DNA of 63,989 nt, counting the filler, from Octopus bimaculoides (taxonomy: Eukaryota), in the NCBI RefSeq assembly GCF_001194135.2. It is 12 parts of 10 records of this genome, joined end to end, with 100 filler letters (N's around TTAATTAATTAA, not from the genome) between each part and the next. Parts side by side here need not be neighbours in the genome. Positions count along the whole stretch, not along the records: positions 11,022 to 27,155 come from NC_068989.1; positions 27,256 to 31,969 come from NC_068987.1; positions 32,070 to 40,292 come from NC_068987.1; 9 more parts are not named here. One strand, written 5' to 3'. How positions within the stretch are numbered: the stretch's first letter is position 1; every line of letters begins with the position of its first letter. Below, one piece after another: positions 23,392 to 35,700 of the stretch. The position numbers and the translations under genes are program-made. The notes below the pieces were generated by a model. That model had not been told where the DNA came from, did not search any database, and saw nothing but the letters and a program-made list of their open reading frames with translations.

Positions 23392-24479
23392 TGTAATGAA
23401 ACTACCTATCGTCACTAGATACAAAACTGCTATCGCCATTCTTCTCATTTAAATATAAACAAACGCGAGCGTAGCAGAGAACCCATTCCTTGTCATCACG
23501 TGACTGATAAATATTCGAACCGTTCCCGCCAGAACGCAAACTGACCAATCACAGCCCTTAATAAGGTCACGTGATAGTGTTTTTCTGCTACCGTCTTGGA
23601 GCCGATAATTCGCTATAAATAGATCAACTCATACCCAACAAATTGGTCTCGGTCCAGTTTCTCTTAGAGACTGTTCCGTGTACCACACGACAGCAGCAGC
23701 AACAATCAGCCAGCGACCACTTCAACAGCTTCGTCCAACCAACGATGACCACCGCCGTCGCCACATCAGCAACACGAGTCTACGACTGCTGACCAGCATC
23801 ATCGTCATGACCAACACGATTACTACTAACCAGCATCAATCTCCACCAGCGTCAACACGACTTTCTATGTACACCAATCCAAACCACCGCGGCACATCTC
23901 TCTCTTCGATTCTGTTAGGTGACTTAGCTTCACCACGATAAATAAACAGACAAGAGATCTCAGCCAGCGACGAACATCTGTATAACAAGAATCACGGCCC
24001 GGCATCGATGCCACAACATCACAACTAGTGATCAGCTCTGCCACACACACAACCTCAACTCACTTCTTTCACATACAGACTCTTCCATTTGTGTACTAAA
24101 GAACTGGTATAATTGCTCACGTGTTATTGATTCTCTTTCCATCTGCTGTAATAACTCACATACACATACATACTTTTCTTTGTATGACGGCCTGTCTTTG
24201 ATTATGTTCTTATATGTCGCATTCACACTCTCACATACACATACACCTTTAACGCCATAATAAATATCTCTGTTATTCATCTTATACGGTTGCCTTCTAT
24301 AGTCTTCATTACTGGTATTTACGAATTCACATATGTTATCGTAGTATAACATATCATGTATATCATCATCGATATATAATTTTGTGTTCGACCGTGTGAC
24401 ACGTTTAAATAAAAGGAGTCCTCTGTTTTTCCATTCGTCACCATTTCTCCTTTTTGAGTTCACACGGTCGTTCCTTACA
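23392..24479 (+). mobile_element. Solo LTR (Gypsy-like), 1088 bp, 4-bp TSD
   Basis: TGTAA...TTACA termini flanked by GATA on both sides. CCAAT (23545), GTCACGTGA (23566), TATAAATA (23614) and AATAAA (24408). Confidence 0.8.
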
Positions 24480-24502
24480 GATATATGTAGTAAAAAAATA
24501 TA

Positions 24503-25525
24503 TGTAGGTTGGTAAAAATGTTTGTAGCGTTTTTTTAAGTAAAATTCATTAACAATATTTAGATAGTTGTACATACCTTTACTCAACCACCTATTTCCCA
24601 TTTTGTTCCACTATCTTTTGCCATCTTTGAGGCAGCTTCATGATCCCACCCCTTAAAACTTGGCATCTGTCTGGGTTGTGAACTGGTGTAAGTGGTTTTT
24701 ACACTCTTTTAAAGAATCAAATTTCTTCTCATTAAGAGAATTTTACAAGGATCGGAGTAAATGATAATACGAAGGTCGAGTTGGGAAGAAGAAGAGTCTG
24801 AAGTTATCGTCTGCTTTCGTGGAAATAGTCCGTAGTACACAACGTCCTTCTAATCCCACCAGACACAGAGCATCACCTTCTTCGGATACAGACCAACTTT
24901 TGGAGAGATTGAAGGCGGTTCATCTCGTTTTCCCTTAGGACCTTTTTTTGTTTTGTTTTATGTTGTTGTAAACAATCCATTTCTTACCACACGCGATCAT
25001 TCTTTTCAAAAATGGATAATTTTTGCTTCGTCAGAGCAGAGAATCGCTGCTGGAAATACACTCTATTAAATTTTTTCCATTAAGTTATGTGGCGCCCAAA
25101 CATCATAGCGATTTACATAACCAAATGTTTTAAAATTCTTTATAATACTCACATGAGATACATAGAGAATCTCCACGATGTCTCGCGTTTTGTGGTATGG
25201 ATTATTTCTTATTAAAGCCTTGCTTTGAGATCTTCTCTTTCAAGGCCTGTCAGAACGTTCATGATCTTCCAGGTCAAAATTTTTGGTTTTAAACCGAGCA
25301 AACCATTTACGAACAGTATTTTCAGTTATGACACCATCTCCATAAACAACACATGTCTTCTTTGCTATTCGTGCAGCGTTTTTACATTTCCAGAAATAAA
25401 AGGGCATTAAATGACGAAAACGTACTTCATTTTCCTTCATTTTCAATTTTATCGTAAGAACAATAGAAGTGTATAATCCAAACAAAATTCAAATAGAAAA
25501 ATGCGTTGAGATCTCTTTCAGAAAA
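24503..25525 (-). mobile_element. Degenerate mariner element
   Basis: FRHLMPFYFWKCKNAARIAKKTCVVYGDGVITENTVRKWFARFKTKNFDLEDHERSDRP is a mariner HTH region; decayed remainder lies toward 24600. Confidence 0.8.
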
Positions 25526-25531
25526 TACATA

Positions 25532-26075
25532 CAGGTGTTGGCCAAAATAATGGAAACACCTTAAAATTTCAAACAAATTTATTTTAATATGCAGTAGGAA
25601 CGCCTTTGGCAGTAATTGCAGCTTGAATTCTACGTACAAAGTTTGAATTGTTTCCAAAGGAATGTTTGTCCGTTCTTCAGCTAAAACAGTCTCCAGTTCT
25701 TGTAGTGATGATGGTGGAGGATATCGACTCCTTACTTGATCTTCTAAAATGCACCATAAATATTCAATAATATTGAGATCTAGGGACTGTGGGGGCCAGA
25801 TAAGATGTTCAACTTCACTAGAATGTTCAGTAATAACTTTAGCTGTGTTAGCCATTCAGTAATAACTTTAGCTGTGTGAATTGGTGCATTATCATCCTGA
25901 AAGATTGCGTTTCCCTCCGGAAACAGTTCTGCAACCATAGGATGAATTTGATCAGATAAAATACTTAGTTTTGACTATTAATTCTGCCACGAAGGGAAGC
26001 CATTGGGCCGGCGGATTTCCAAGACATAATCCCCCAGATCATCACAGATCCACCTCCATGTTTAACAGTTGGAAC
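25532..26075 (-). mobile_element. Tc1-like element 3' fragment with TIR
   Basis: TA|CAGGTGTTGGCCAAAATAATGGAAACACC terminus; WPPQSLDLNIIEYLW...SLQELETVLAEE (catalytic E region). Confidence 0.85.
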
Positions 26076-26366
26076 TATGTGGTTGGGAAGTAAACCTCTT
26101 ACCACACAGCCGCATATGTATTTATATGTGTGTGTGCGTGTATGTATGTGTGTGTGTGTGTGTGTGTTAGGGAATTAAAACTATAATTAATAATAAAAAT
26201 AATAAACATTTCTGATGGGAAGATTCAATTTAGGATGACTGAAATTTATATTAAAGTGGGGCTTCGTGGTAACGTCATTTTCACCTATGCCCAAGATACA
26301 GAGCCAATAGTTATTTATACCTGAAAAATACTATAAAGGTTGTACAGAGTTGTATGAGAGAGAAAG

Positions 26367-26438
<72 letters not shown>

Positions 26439-27255
26439 GATCTTTTCTGGATGCATCTGTGGAAATTTTAAGGTTTAGTGAAAATTTTAAATTTGGTGTA
26501 TCGATGTAATTTTCCACACTGAATCTCAGAAAGTTAAAAAAAAAAAAAAAGAAGTTACAGAAGTTTAAAATTTGGTCATTTTTACCCGCTCAGAAAACAG
26601 GAATTGGAAGCTGTCATTTTGTGCGTGATTGCATGTGTTGTCAACTGTAAACAAATGTAATATTGGCGGAATTCTGCTTTATGTATGTTCATAACTCCTT
26701 TATTTTCTTGGAATTTTTAGAAACTTTTTGCGAATTTGTATTATACATACGGGAATTTATACGATTATGCAAAAGAGAAAAACATAATTTTAGTGCGTGA
26801 TTTAAGGTCTATTTAGCTATTATTTTTAGCACATCTCACGACCACCTCGTGTATTTTGCGTTTTAAGCAATTAATAAGCGAAAAATTACCACGTTGGTAA
26901 GCAACTTGGTAACAGCTTGGCTTGTTACTATGGAAACAGACACCTGTATACCTGTGGCTTTCGATTGGCTAAAAGTATCCCAAATTTACAAACTTTGTTT
27001 ATAAATCATACGGCGAAAATGAATACAAAACTACATCATTTCCTCAAATATGAAAACAATTGGAACACAAATTGAAGAAATTGAGGATCTTTTTGGTTTG
27101 ACGGGCAACATTTTTCATTAATATCCCAAGTTTGAAAGTGTTTCGTTAAGAAAACNNNNNNNNNNNNNNNNNNNNNNNNNNNNNNNNNNNNNNNNNNNNT
27201 TAATTAATTAANNNNNNNNNNNNNNNNNNNNNNNNNNNNNNNNNNNNNNNNNNNN

Positions 27256-27298
<43 letters not shown>

Positions 27299-27927
27299 CA
27301 TATACACAAACATATATAATCATTTAACCTCATTCTAATATAAGTAAAGCACACACATGTGAACACGCATACACACACACAGAGACACACATACACACAC
27401 ACAGAGACACACATACACACAAGAATGTATATATGTGTCTTTCCAAGCATTTAAAACTCACTTGTTATGGAATAGACTGGTAGTTTTACTTTTTTCTATA
27501 TTATTTATATCAACATTTCACATTTTTCGTCGACTCCAATTAATTCAGGAAACAAAGGATAAAAAAAATAGTTTTCTAAAAAACTTGCTATTACTAAGAA
27601 AAAAAGAAAAAACAATAAAGTATATCTTGAAGAAAATAGGTTCTCAAAACAATTATTGTTTGGAGTCCAGTCAACTATTTTGAACTGGTTGCCCCAGTGT
27701 AATGTAGTACTTCTATGAAATCGACTTGTAATGAAACCTACGTTTTTATAAATTTTTCCTTTTTTTTTTTGGTCTAACCTCAATATTTTTTCTTTGTAAA
27801 CCACCCAAAGCACGGTTACAAACTAATATTTGAAAACACCCACTCTTTGTTCCTAGGGTAGTTTGACATATCTTGCATTATTTAGTCTCTAATACAATTA
27901 CAAAATCACACACGCTCACAAACACAC

Positions 27928-27965
<38 letters not shown>

Positions 27966-28118
27966 ACAAACACACATACACACACGCATATATATATATA
28001 TATATATATAATATATATATACATACATATATATATATATATATACATATATATACATATAAACATATATATACATCTATACATACATATATATATATAT
28101 GTATGTATATATTTGTAT

Positions 28119-28174
<56 letters not shown>

Positions 28175-28517
28175 GTTTAATACACAACCGAAAGAGCTAC
28201 AAATAGTTTCATGGTTTTGTATATAAGAATATATATATTATATATATNNNNNNNNNNNNNNNNNNNNNNNNNNNNNNNNNNNNNNNNNNNNNNNNNNNNN
28301 NNNNNNNNNNNNNNNNNNNNNNNNNNNNNNNNNNNNNNNNNNNNNNNNNNNNNNNNNNNNNNNNNNNNNNNNNNNNNNNNNNNNNNNNNNNNNNNNNNNN
28401 NNNNNNNNNNNNNNNNNNNNNNNNNNNNNNNNNNNNNNNNNNNNNNNNNNNNNNNNNNNNNNNNNNNNNNNNNNNNNNNNNNNNNNNNNNNNNNNNNNNN
28501 NNNNNNNNNNNNNNNNN

Positions 28518-28556
<39 letters not shown>

Positions 28557-29314
28557 GCACACAATACACACACACACATATATACGTGCCTATGTGTTTG
28601 AGTGTATGAATGAGAAATACAAATATGAACATACGCACACATACACACACACACTACACATACATAAACACACACGCACACACACACGCACTCACACACA
28701 GAGATACACACACAAGATAATTCATCATCAAAACTACGTATATACAATGAGACGCGGTCAACAGTTTGCAGCAATAGTAAGATTATCACGGCTATATGTA
28801 ATTTAATATCACCTGGTAATTAGTGAATATAATACGAACAACTCATTCTCATTATCCAGTCAAGCAAAGATATATTACTTGACTGCAACTAACTTTGTGT
28901 AGGCGTTACGTCATAAATTGTTGCGAAAAATTAAAAAAAATTCTCCAGATGAAGGTATCTATATTTATTTTAAGCTTTCATACATCTTTGTAATGTCGCA
29001 CTTAATAAAACCAATTTATTTAGAGAAAAAAACCCAATGGCTTTTGTGTGTTGAGAATGAGTTACAACAAGGGAACGTGGAGTTGGTGACATTTATGAAA
29101 GGATCAAATCTGTTACAGTTTAATATGGACGTCATACTTCCAGCTACAATGTTGAGCGAATAACTTCTTTATTCAATGACTGCCACAAGTCGTTGAAATT
29201 GCAGACATTGGTGTTGAGTGACTCTGTCTCTATTTGACACTTCTCCCTGCTCTTCTTCACAGCTGACAAATAATTGATTCCAAGTAGAAGCAACGTTCCG
29301 TTATTGAATTCTGG

Positions 29315-30217
29315 ATGGAGGCGGAATGCAGTCCTTCCAGCTTCCACAGAAAGCTACGTTTTCTTTACGGAGACGAAACGATTGACAACAGCTTTGTATA
29401 CAAATCGATGAAGTTTAAGAAAGGCAAAACCGTTAATGAAAACGAGCTACGCTGTGGGAGACCATCAAATACGACCACGAGCACGAATCATCAGTGAGGG
29501 GGCAAATTGATTTACGTGAACAGACGAAACATAATCCGCGAACGTGCTTTACAACTGAACTCTGGTAATAATGCGTTACAAAGAGGAGTGGAAGGCTTTG
29601 TGTATCAGAAAGAATGTGTGCAAAGTGGATATCTCAGCAGATGATACTCCATTTTGAATGAGAAAAGAGTGAAAATCTGTTTTAGTTTGCAACAAGCGTT
29701 AGAAGTCAATGAAATCATGATCTATAGAGCGATCAGCATAGAAAGCCATGAGGAATGTTTTGGAAGATGGCAAGGGCGTAACTCTCCTTGATTTTCTGGG
29801 GTGTGGTTGTACCATGAACAGCGAGCGGCACATTGAGACACTAAAAAGGCTTAGAGAAACCATTAGGAGAAAGTGACTGAAAGAATCTGAAAAATGTCCC
29901 AGACTCATCATGACAATGTGCAACCACACACATCTTTATTTAAAAAAGATCAAGCAATCAGCCAATTGGACTGGTCAGTGGTCCTTCACCTACTGCATAG
30001 CCTGGATTTGGCGCTTTTTAGCTGCCATCTGTTCGGTCCAAAGAACGAAAGCAACGTGACTGCAAAGAAGCGGGTGCAACAGAGCACATCTGAATATTTG
30101 AAAAGAGGACGAGTGTGCTTGATTCAACAATGGCGCAGACGCATCAGTTATGATAGAGACTGTTGCATAGTAATTTTGCGTATGGGAAGAGCTACTCTAC
30201 CAGCATGTGCAATTTGA
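29315..30217 (+). mobile_element. Degenerate mariner transposase
   Basis: FHRKLRFLYGDETID...ENELRCGRPS, HHDNVQPH and LHSLDLAL...HLFGP (HHDNARPH / YSPDLAP motifs). Confidence 0.8.
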
Positions 30218-30293
30218 ATCAGTTAATAAAAACAGTTACGTAAACTCTTTGCATTACCTTCTGTGGGAGCTTCCTAGATATATATATATATTT

Positions 30294-30406
30294 ATAATAT
30301 TAATTAACAGGAGATGGATTCGGTATGAAATCTTTCTTGTGTACAATATATGTTTCGACTCAATAAAGATTTAATACCGAATCCATCTCCTGTTAATTAA
30401 TATTAT
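30294..30406. repeat. Long inverted repeat (about 42-bp arms, one mismatch, 29-nt loop)
   Basis: 30295-30335 is the reverse complement of 30365-30405 except for one base. Confidence 0.9.
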
Positions 30407-31353
30407 TACTCTAACTGTCACTGCAGAGTTCCTGAAGTAGATCCAACAGAAGTGTACCACGACTGCGGATGACAACAGGTAGCCTAAACTGGGCCAGTGC
30501 TCTACTCAACAATTAAACACACTAATTGACTTATACTTATTTATCCAAATTATTTATTATTATGATATATATATTTTTGTAGCAATTTTATTAAAGTTAG
30601 TGTTTAATCCTGCCTATAATTTGATTGATTGTATGAATGTAGTTATTAAGCTTTCACTTTTATATTGTACTGTGAAAGACGGTAAGGAATATAATTTTTG
30701 TATGACTTAATGGATTGGTCGCTGTTTAGTTACGTATTTAGGAGTTGGTCGTAATTTACTTATTGAATTTATTTACCGATACGGTTGTACATAGGGTAAA
30801 TGTGTTTGAAAGGTGTGGTTTCTTTGGTATGTTTGTTCCCAAACAACACTTATTTTAGTGCTGTTGACACCACCGGATTGAATGGTANNNNNNNNNNNNN
30901 NNNNNNNNNNNNNNNNNNNNNNNNNNNNNNNNNNNNNNNNNNNNNNNNNNNNNNNNNNNNNNNNNNNNNNNNNNNNNNNNNNNNNNNNNNNNNNNNNNNN
31001 NNNNNNNNNNNNNNNNNNNNNNNNNNNNNNNNNNNNNNNNNNNNNNNNNNNNNNNNNNNNNNNNNNNNNNNNNNNNNNNNNNNNNNNNNNNNNNNNTATA
31101 TAATCTCCACATAATTAAATCAATGGCTAACTAGCCCAGTTGACTTGCTTCTTCTTGTGTTTGTTTCTCCATTCTCCACATAATTATAATTATAAACTGC
31201 GGTTTAAACAATAAATTACTTGCCTCTGGACACCTTCTAACGAAGACGGTACCCACACAAGTAATTTCCAGGAGTGCCTTCGGATTTAACTATCCCCTGG
31301 CTGCTTAGATACTTCAGACTACCCCTGAAATATTGAAGCAATCCTATCATTTA

Positions 31354-31391
<38 letters not shown>

Positions 31392-31598
31392 TTATAGGTT
31401 AGAGACAGGTGTTCTCGACTTGGTTAACTTGCTTCTCATTGCATTTACTCATATATATAGCGTTATACTAATACATCCATTTGTACCTCCCCTTACTTAG
31501 CGGTCATTGTAATAGCTCTTTTGTTTTAATAACGGTCAATCACACAGTAATTTCCCTTTATTTAACGGTCATTTTCATAGCATTTTTTTCGATGGCCC

Positions 31599-31659
31599 GA
31601 TAACTGAAGAGATGCCGGGGTGGGTTTCTGCCCCGACATTCGAAACTCGGAGTTTTATT
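31599..31659 (+). ncRNA. Type I hammerhead ribozyme motif
   Basis: GATAA-CTGAAGA(31604-31610)-GATGCCGGGG/CCCCGACATTC stem II-GAAA(31642-31645)-ACTC.GAGT stem III-T-TTATT. Confidence 0.65.
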
Positions 31660-31752
31660 ACCGAATAATTGTCACATATTATATTTACAGATAAATTCCT
31701 CTATTTACATCCTTTTGTTGTCTTACCATTTCTATCAATATATATATAAATA

Positions 31753-31783
<31 letters not shown>

Positions 31784-31827
31784 GTATGTATATATATANN
31801 NNNNNNNNTATTTTAGTGCTGTTGACA

Positions 31828-31896
31828 CCACCGGATTGAATGGTACTGCCTAGGTGTCGAAACCGTAATGATATCCGTGGGGCAGCTGTTGATGGA
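31828..31896 (+). ncRNA. Candidate non-circularly permuted hammerhead motif (copy B)
   Basis: ATGGT-A-CTGCC...GTC-GAAA-CCGT...ATCCGTGG-GGCAG-CTGTTGA. Stems III and I and an extra helix pair; the core has one substitution. Confidence 0.55.
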
Positions 31897-32755
31897 GGTA
31901 TGTTGGATTATAGGTATGGCTGTTTTTGTATATGTTGAATAGTATTAAAACACATTCTTTTGATATATANNNNNNNNNNNNNNNNNNNNNNNNNNNNNNN
32001 NNNNNNNNNNNNNTTAATTAATTAANNNNNNNNNNNNNNNNNNNNNNNNNNNNNNNNNNNNNNNNNNNNATATATATATATATATATATATATTATAGGC
32101 ATACACAAACATACATACATGCATACATACATACATACATACAAGTGCTCCAAAGAGATCTGCATATTGCGCGTGAGACTTAAATGTTTAAGAAAACCTT
32201 TAATTTCCTGTTAAGGCTTCACACAATGCTAGAACCGATAAATAAACATATCTGATCAGATACCTGGGGGTGAAACAGTCTGCGTCCAAACAAAAACTAA
32301 ACCTAGATATGATTTCAGTTATCTGAAAGCTTATATCCTTATCGACGGGACGTGTAGATGCTGTAGGATTCTTGACTGTTATATTATGTAACACTGCATA
32401 TCTAACGCATTTTCAAACACATATTCAGTTTGCACCTGGTGCAGTGAGGCGATAGTGAAGACCTAAAATACTTCAGATTTGATTACAATTCTCAAGTATG
32501 TTAGATATGTTCTGATGATAATAGACGTATGGTTTGCAGCTTCAAATATTATACAGCCTCGAAACTCCCTCTATATAAGATGTTGTTTTCTTGCTAACTC
32601 AATATATTATTGAAGAAACAGATCTTAAGTTAATGTTGACATAATTAAAAAACAGAAAATGTGGCTCAACTGAATATATGAAACTGTGTCCTATGCACTA
32701 CTTATTCTCTTGATACTTCACCTTATTATTGTTTTTGATGTTTAATGTTCTTTTA

Positions 32756-35700
32756 CAGGGTTTCCAATTTAGCATATTTTATGGTAGAGCTAGCATTTTT
32801 TGTCAGTATTTAGCAGAAAATGTTTGAATCTAGCATTTAACAGGGAAAATTGCAGGTTTAAAATTTTATTTAGCATTGTTTTAGCTTTTTTCCTCTGGTC
32901 ATGACATTTCCACAATAGTTACCCTTTTTTCTTCTTTTTGCTCCTTTTCTACTTTCGTTAATGTATCTTATAGCCAAATTTTAGTACTATAGGCTATTGT
33001 TGAATTTTTCTTTCACTTACATGAAATTTCAATTGAAAGTTTATCAAAATGAAGTTCATAAAGTTATGAACTTTTCCAGCCCCTCCCAGACCGGCTTGGA
33101 TACCGAGTAGTGCTGGGGTGATGGGGAGAAGATAACTCATGTCAGCACCTGAACCCAATACACAATAATGTAAATATGTTGCAAAGAAAGAAAGCATGGA
33201 AATTCGTCCTAAGCATGCATTATTCTGTAATGATGAGTTTTTATCATGACAGGTTGACTGATTTGCTTTCAGTGTGACTGTTTTAAAATAGGCCTGTGTT
33301 TTTTCATGCTTGTTTTGTATTATATATCTTGTATAGAAGTACGGGGGTGGCTAGCTCTTCCCCTTTATATTTGTACATTTTTGTTTTCAAGTATTGTAGT
33401 TATATTTGTGGTTTTACCAATAGATACTCAAGATAGGAAGCGAAAGATGATGTTCCCAACACAGTTTTAGGATTTCTGCAGATTTTACTTTTCCATTTAT
33501 AAGTTGGCCACCCTGCATCCTGAATTGTTATTCTGCACCTCAAGAATTTATAAGCATCAACCATAAGAATTGTTAATGACGAATTAAAGAATTGTTAGCA
33601 GCAAACTAAGTTGTGTTTTCAATTTTATATTTTTATTAATCATTCACTTTATCTTCTTGATTCCCACTACATTATAATGAACAAAGAAAAAACAAAGTTG
33701 TACCAGCAAAAATTCCGAAAGGAATGGCTTAAGATGCCAGCGTTTACTAAGTGATTGTGTGAAGTAACTAATGACCAATTTAATGCACATTGCAGATATT
33801 GTAGATGTAATGTATTGGGGCAAAATATTCTCTTTTTGTAAGCGACTGTGAAGCAAAGAAACATAAGACATCAACCCCACAGCAAATGATTCGTCTTACC
33901 AATATTATTAAAATCAAAATTGATAAGACATGTATTCTTGAAACAAATTTAGCAATGTTTATTTGTTGCTACTCATCATTCAATAGCTGTGATCACTTAA
34001 TAGAATTATGTAAGAAGTATATGTCTGATAGGGATATTATATCCAAAGTGAAGTTGCATCGTACGAAATGTGCAAATATTGTGAGAAATGTCCTAGCTCC
34101 ACATTTTGATGGAGATTTAATTTCTGATATAGGAGATAGAAAATTTAGCCTGTTATTAAATGAATCCAATGATATTTCGATAAACAAATTGTTAGGAATT
34201 ATTATATATTATAATGACACTCACAAAAATGTGGTACATACTTATCTCAGTATGGTATCTTTAGAAACATGAGATGCAGAGGGCATTGTAGATGCCTTAA
34301 AAAATTACTTAGTGAAAAAGAAATTAGATATAGAAAAAATTACTGGCTGTAGGAACTGACAATGCTAGAGTAATTTAGGAGGCAACAATGGTGTTTTCCA
34401 GAAATTAGGAGTTCCATCATTACTTCTATTTATATGCGTATTTTATTCATTACAGTTGGCAGTATCCCGCACTTGTGCTGAATGTTTGCCCATAAATTTA
34501 GAAATTTTAATATCTGAAATCTATAAAAGGTCCTCGTATTCTTCAACAAGACAAAGTGCCTACAAACAACTTTAACTTGCTATCAATGATAAAGAGCCTT
34601 TGAAGATCGTGGATTCTTGTACAACTAGGTGGCTGTCAATAGAACCAGCGGTAAATAGAATTTTAAGCCATTGGTTTGAATCGGAATCTCACTTCCAAAG
34701 TACAACTGCAAAAGAAAAATGCTTTACAGCACAAATACTACATGAAATATTTTGTGATTCTAGGAATGAACTTTACCTTTTATTTTTGCATCCGATTTTA
34801 AAACATGTTCAGGAAGTGAATAAACTGTTTTAATCAAACACTGTCAACAAAACAAAATTACATGAAGATCTTTCAAATTTGATCAAATCTGTTGCTAATA
34901 TGATGCTGTTGCCAACATGTAGAATTGATTCTCTTGATCTGGATGCTTCTATTGAAAAATTTCTGGATCCGAAACCAAATTTAGGCTACAGGTTCAAGAG
35001 AAAGATAGCAAAAATGATAATCAAGAAGACTCTAACAGCCACCGAAGAAAATAATATTCGCAAAAGTGCACAACAATTTTTACTCTGCCTTTATAAAGAG
35101 CTCAAGCACCGTTTGCCAGGAAATATTAATATACTAAGGAATATCAAATGTTTTTCAGTAGAGAATATTTTGCAGCATTTCAAAGAGCCAATTTTACCTG
35201 TCTTAGATGCAATGAATTTAAGTGAAGAAAAAATTGCTTCAATTGAAATTCAGTTTAATAGCATCCATTTAGTTAAATGGACAAATACCTCTAATACTGA
35301 AGCATTCTGGCTGGAAGTCTTGGAATGCAAAGATGGTACTGGAGGAAGTCCTTTTAGAGATGTTGCAAATTTTGCCATTAATCTATTGACATTGCCAAAC
35401 TCAAATACAGAAATTGAACGGTTGTTCAGTAGTATGGGTGCAATCAAATCAAAATTGAAAAACAAAATGCATCTTCCTATGCTTAGATCAATACTGTCTA
35501 TAAAATATGGCCTGAAAAGATATGGCAAATGTTGCAAAAACTTCAAAGTTCCAAAACACATAATTAACAAGATTGGGTCCTTGAATGTATACAGAAGTCA
35601 AGACCTAGGCACTGCAGCTGAAAGTGATCAAATCAGTGAATTTCAAGAAATTATTTCTCAATGCTGAATATAATTAAAGAAAGTAAATAAAAATGTAAAT

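Noticed and set aside
24032-24601. 189-aa minus-strand ORF
   Set aside because: Antisense to the solo LTR and overlapping the mariner end; no domain motif.
25826-25877. 23-bp direct duplication in the Tc1 fragment
   Set aside because: Ordinary local slippage in a dead element.
27873-28806. YI/CV/HT-rich ORFs here and elsewhere
   Set aside because: Translations of (TA)n and (CA)n microsatellites.
32513-32570. CTGATGA...GAAAC hammerhead-like spacing
   Set aside because: No convincing stems I, II or III by eye.
33232-33272. C/D snoRNA-like ATGATGA...CTGA
   Set aside because: Boxes only about 20 nt apart, no terminal stem, inside a transposon.
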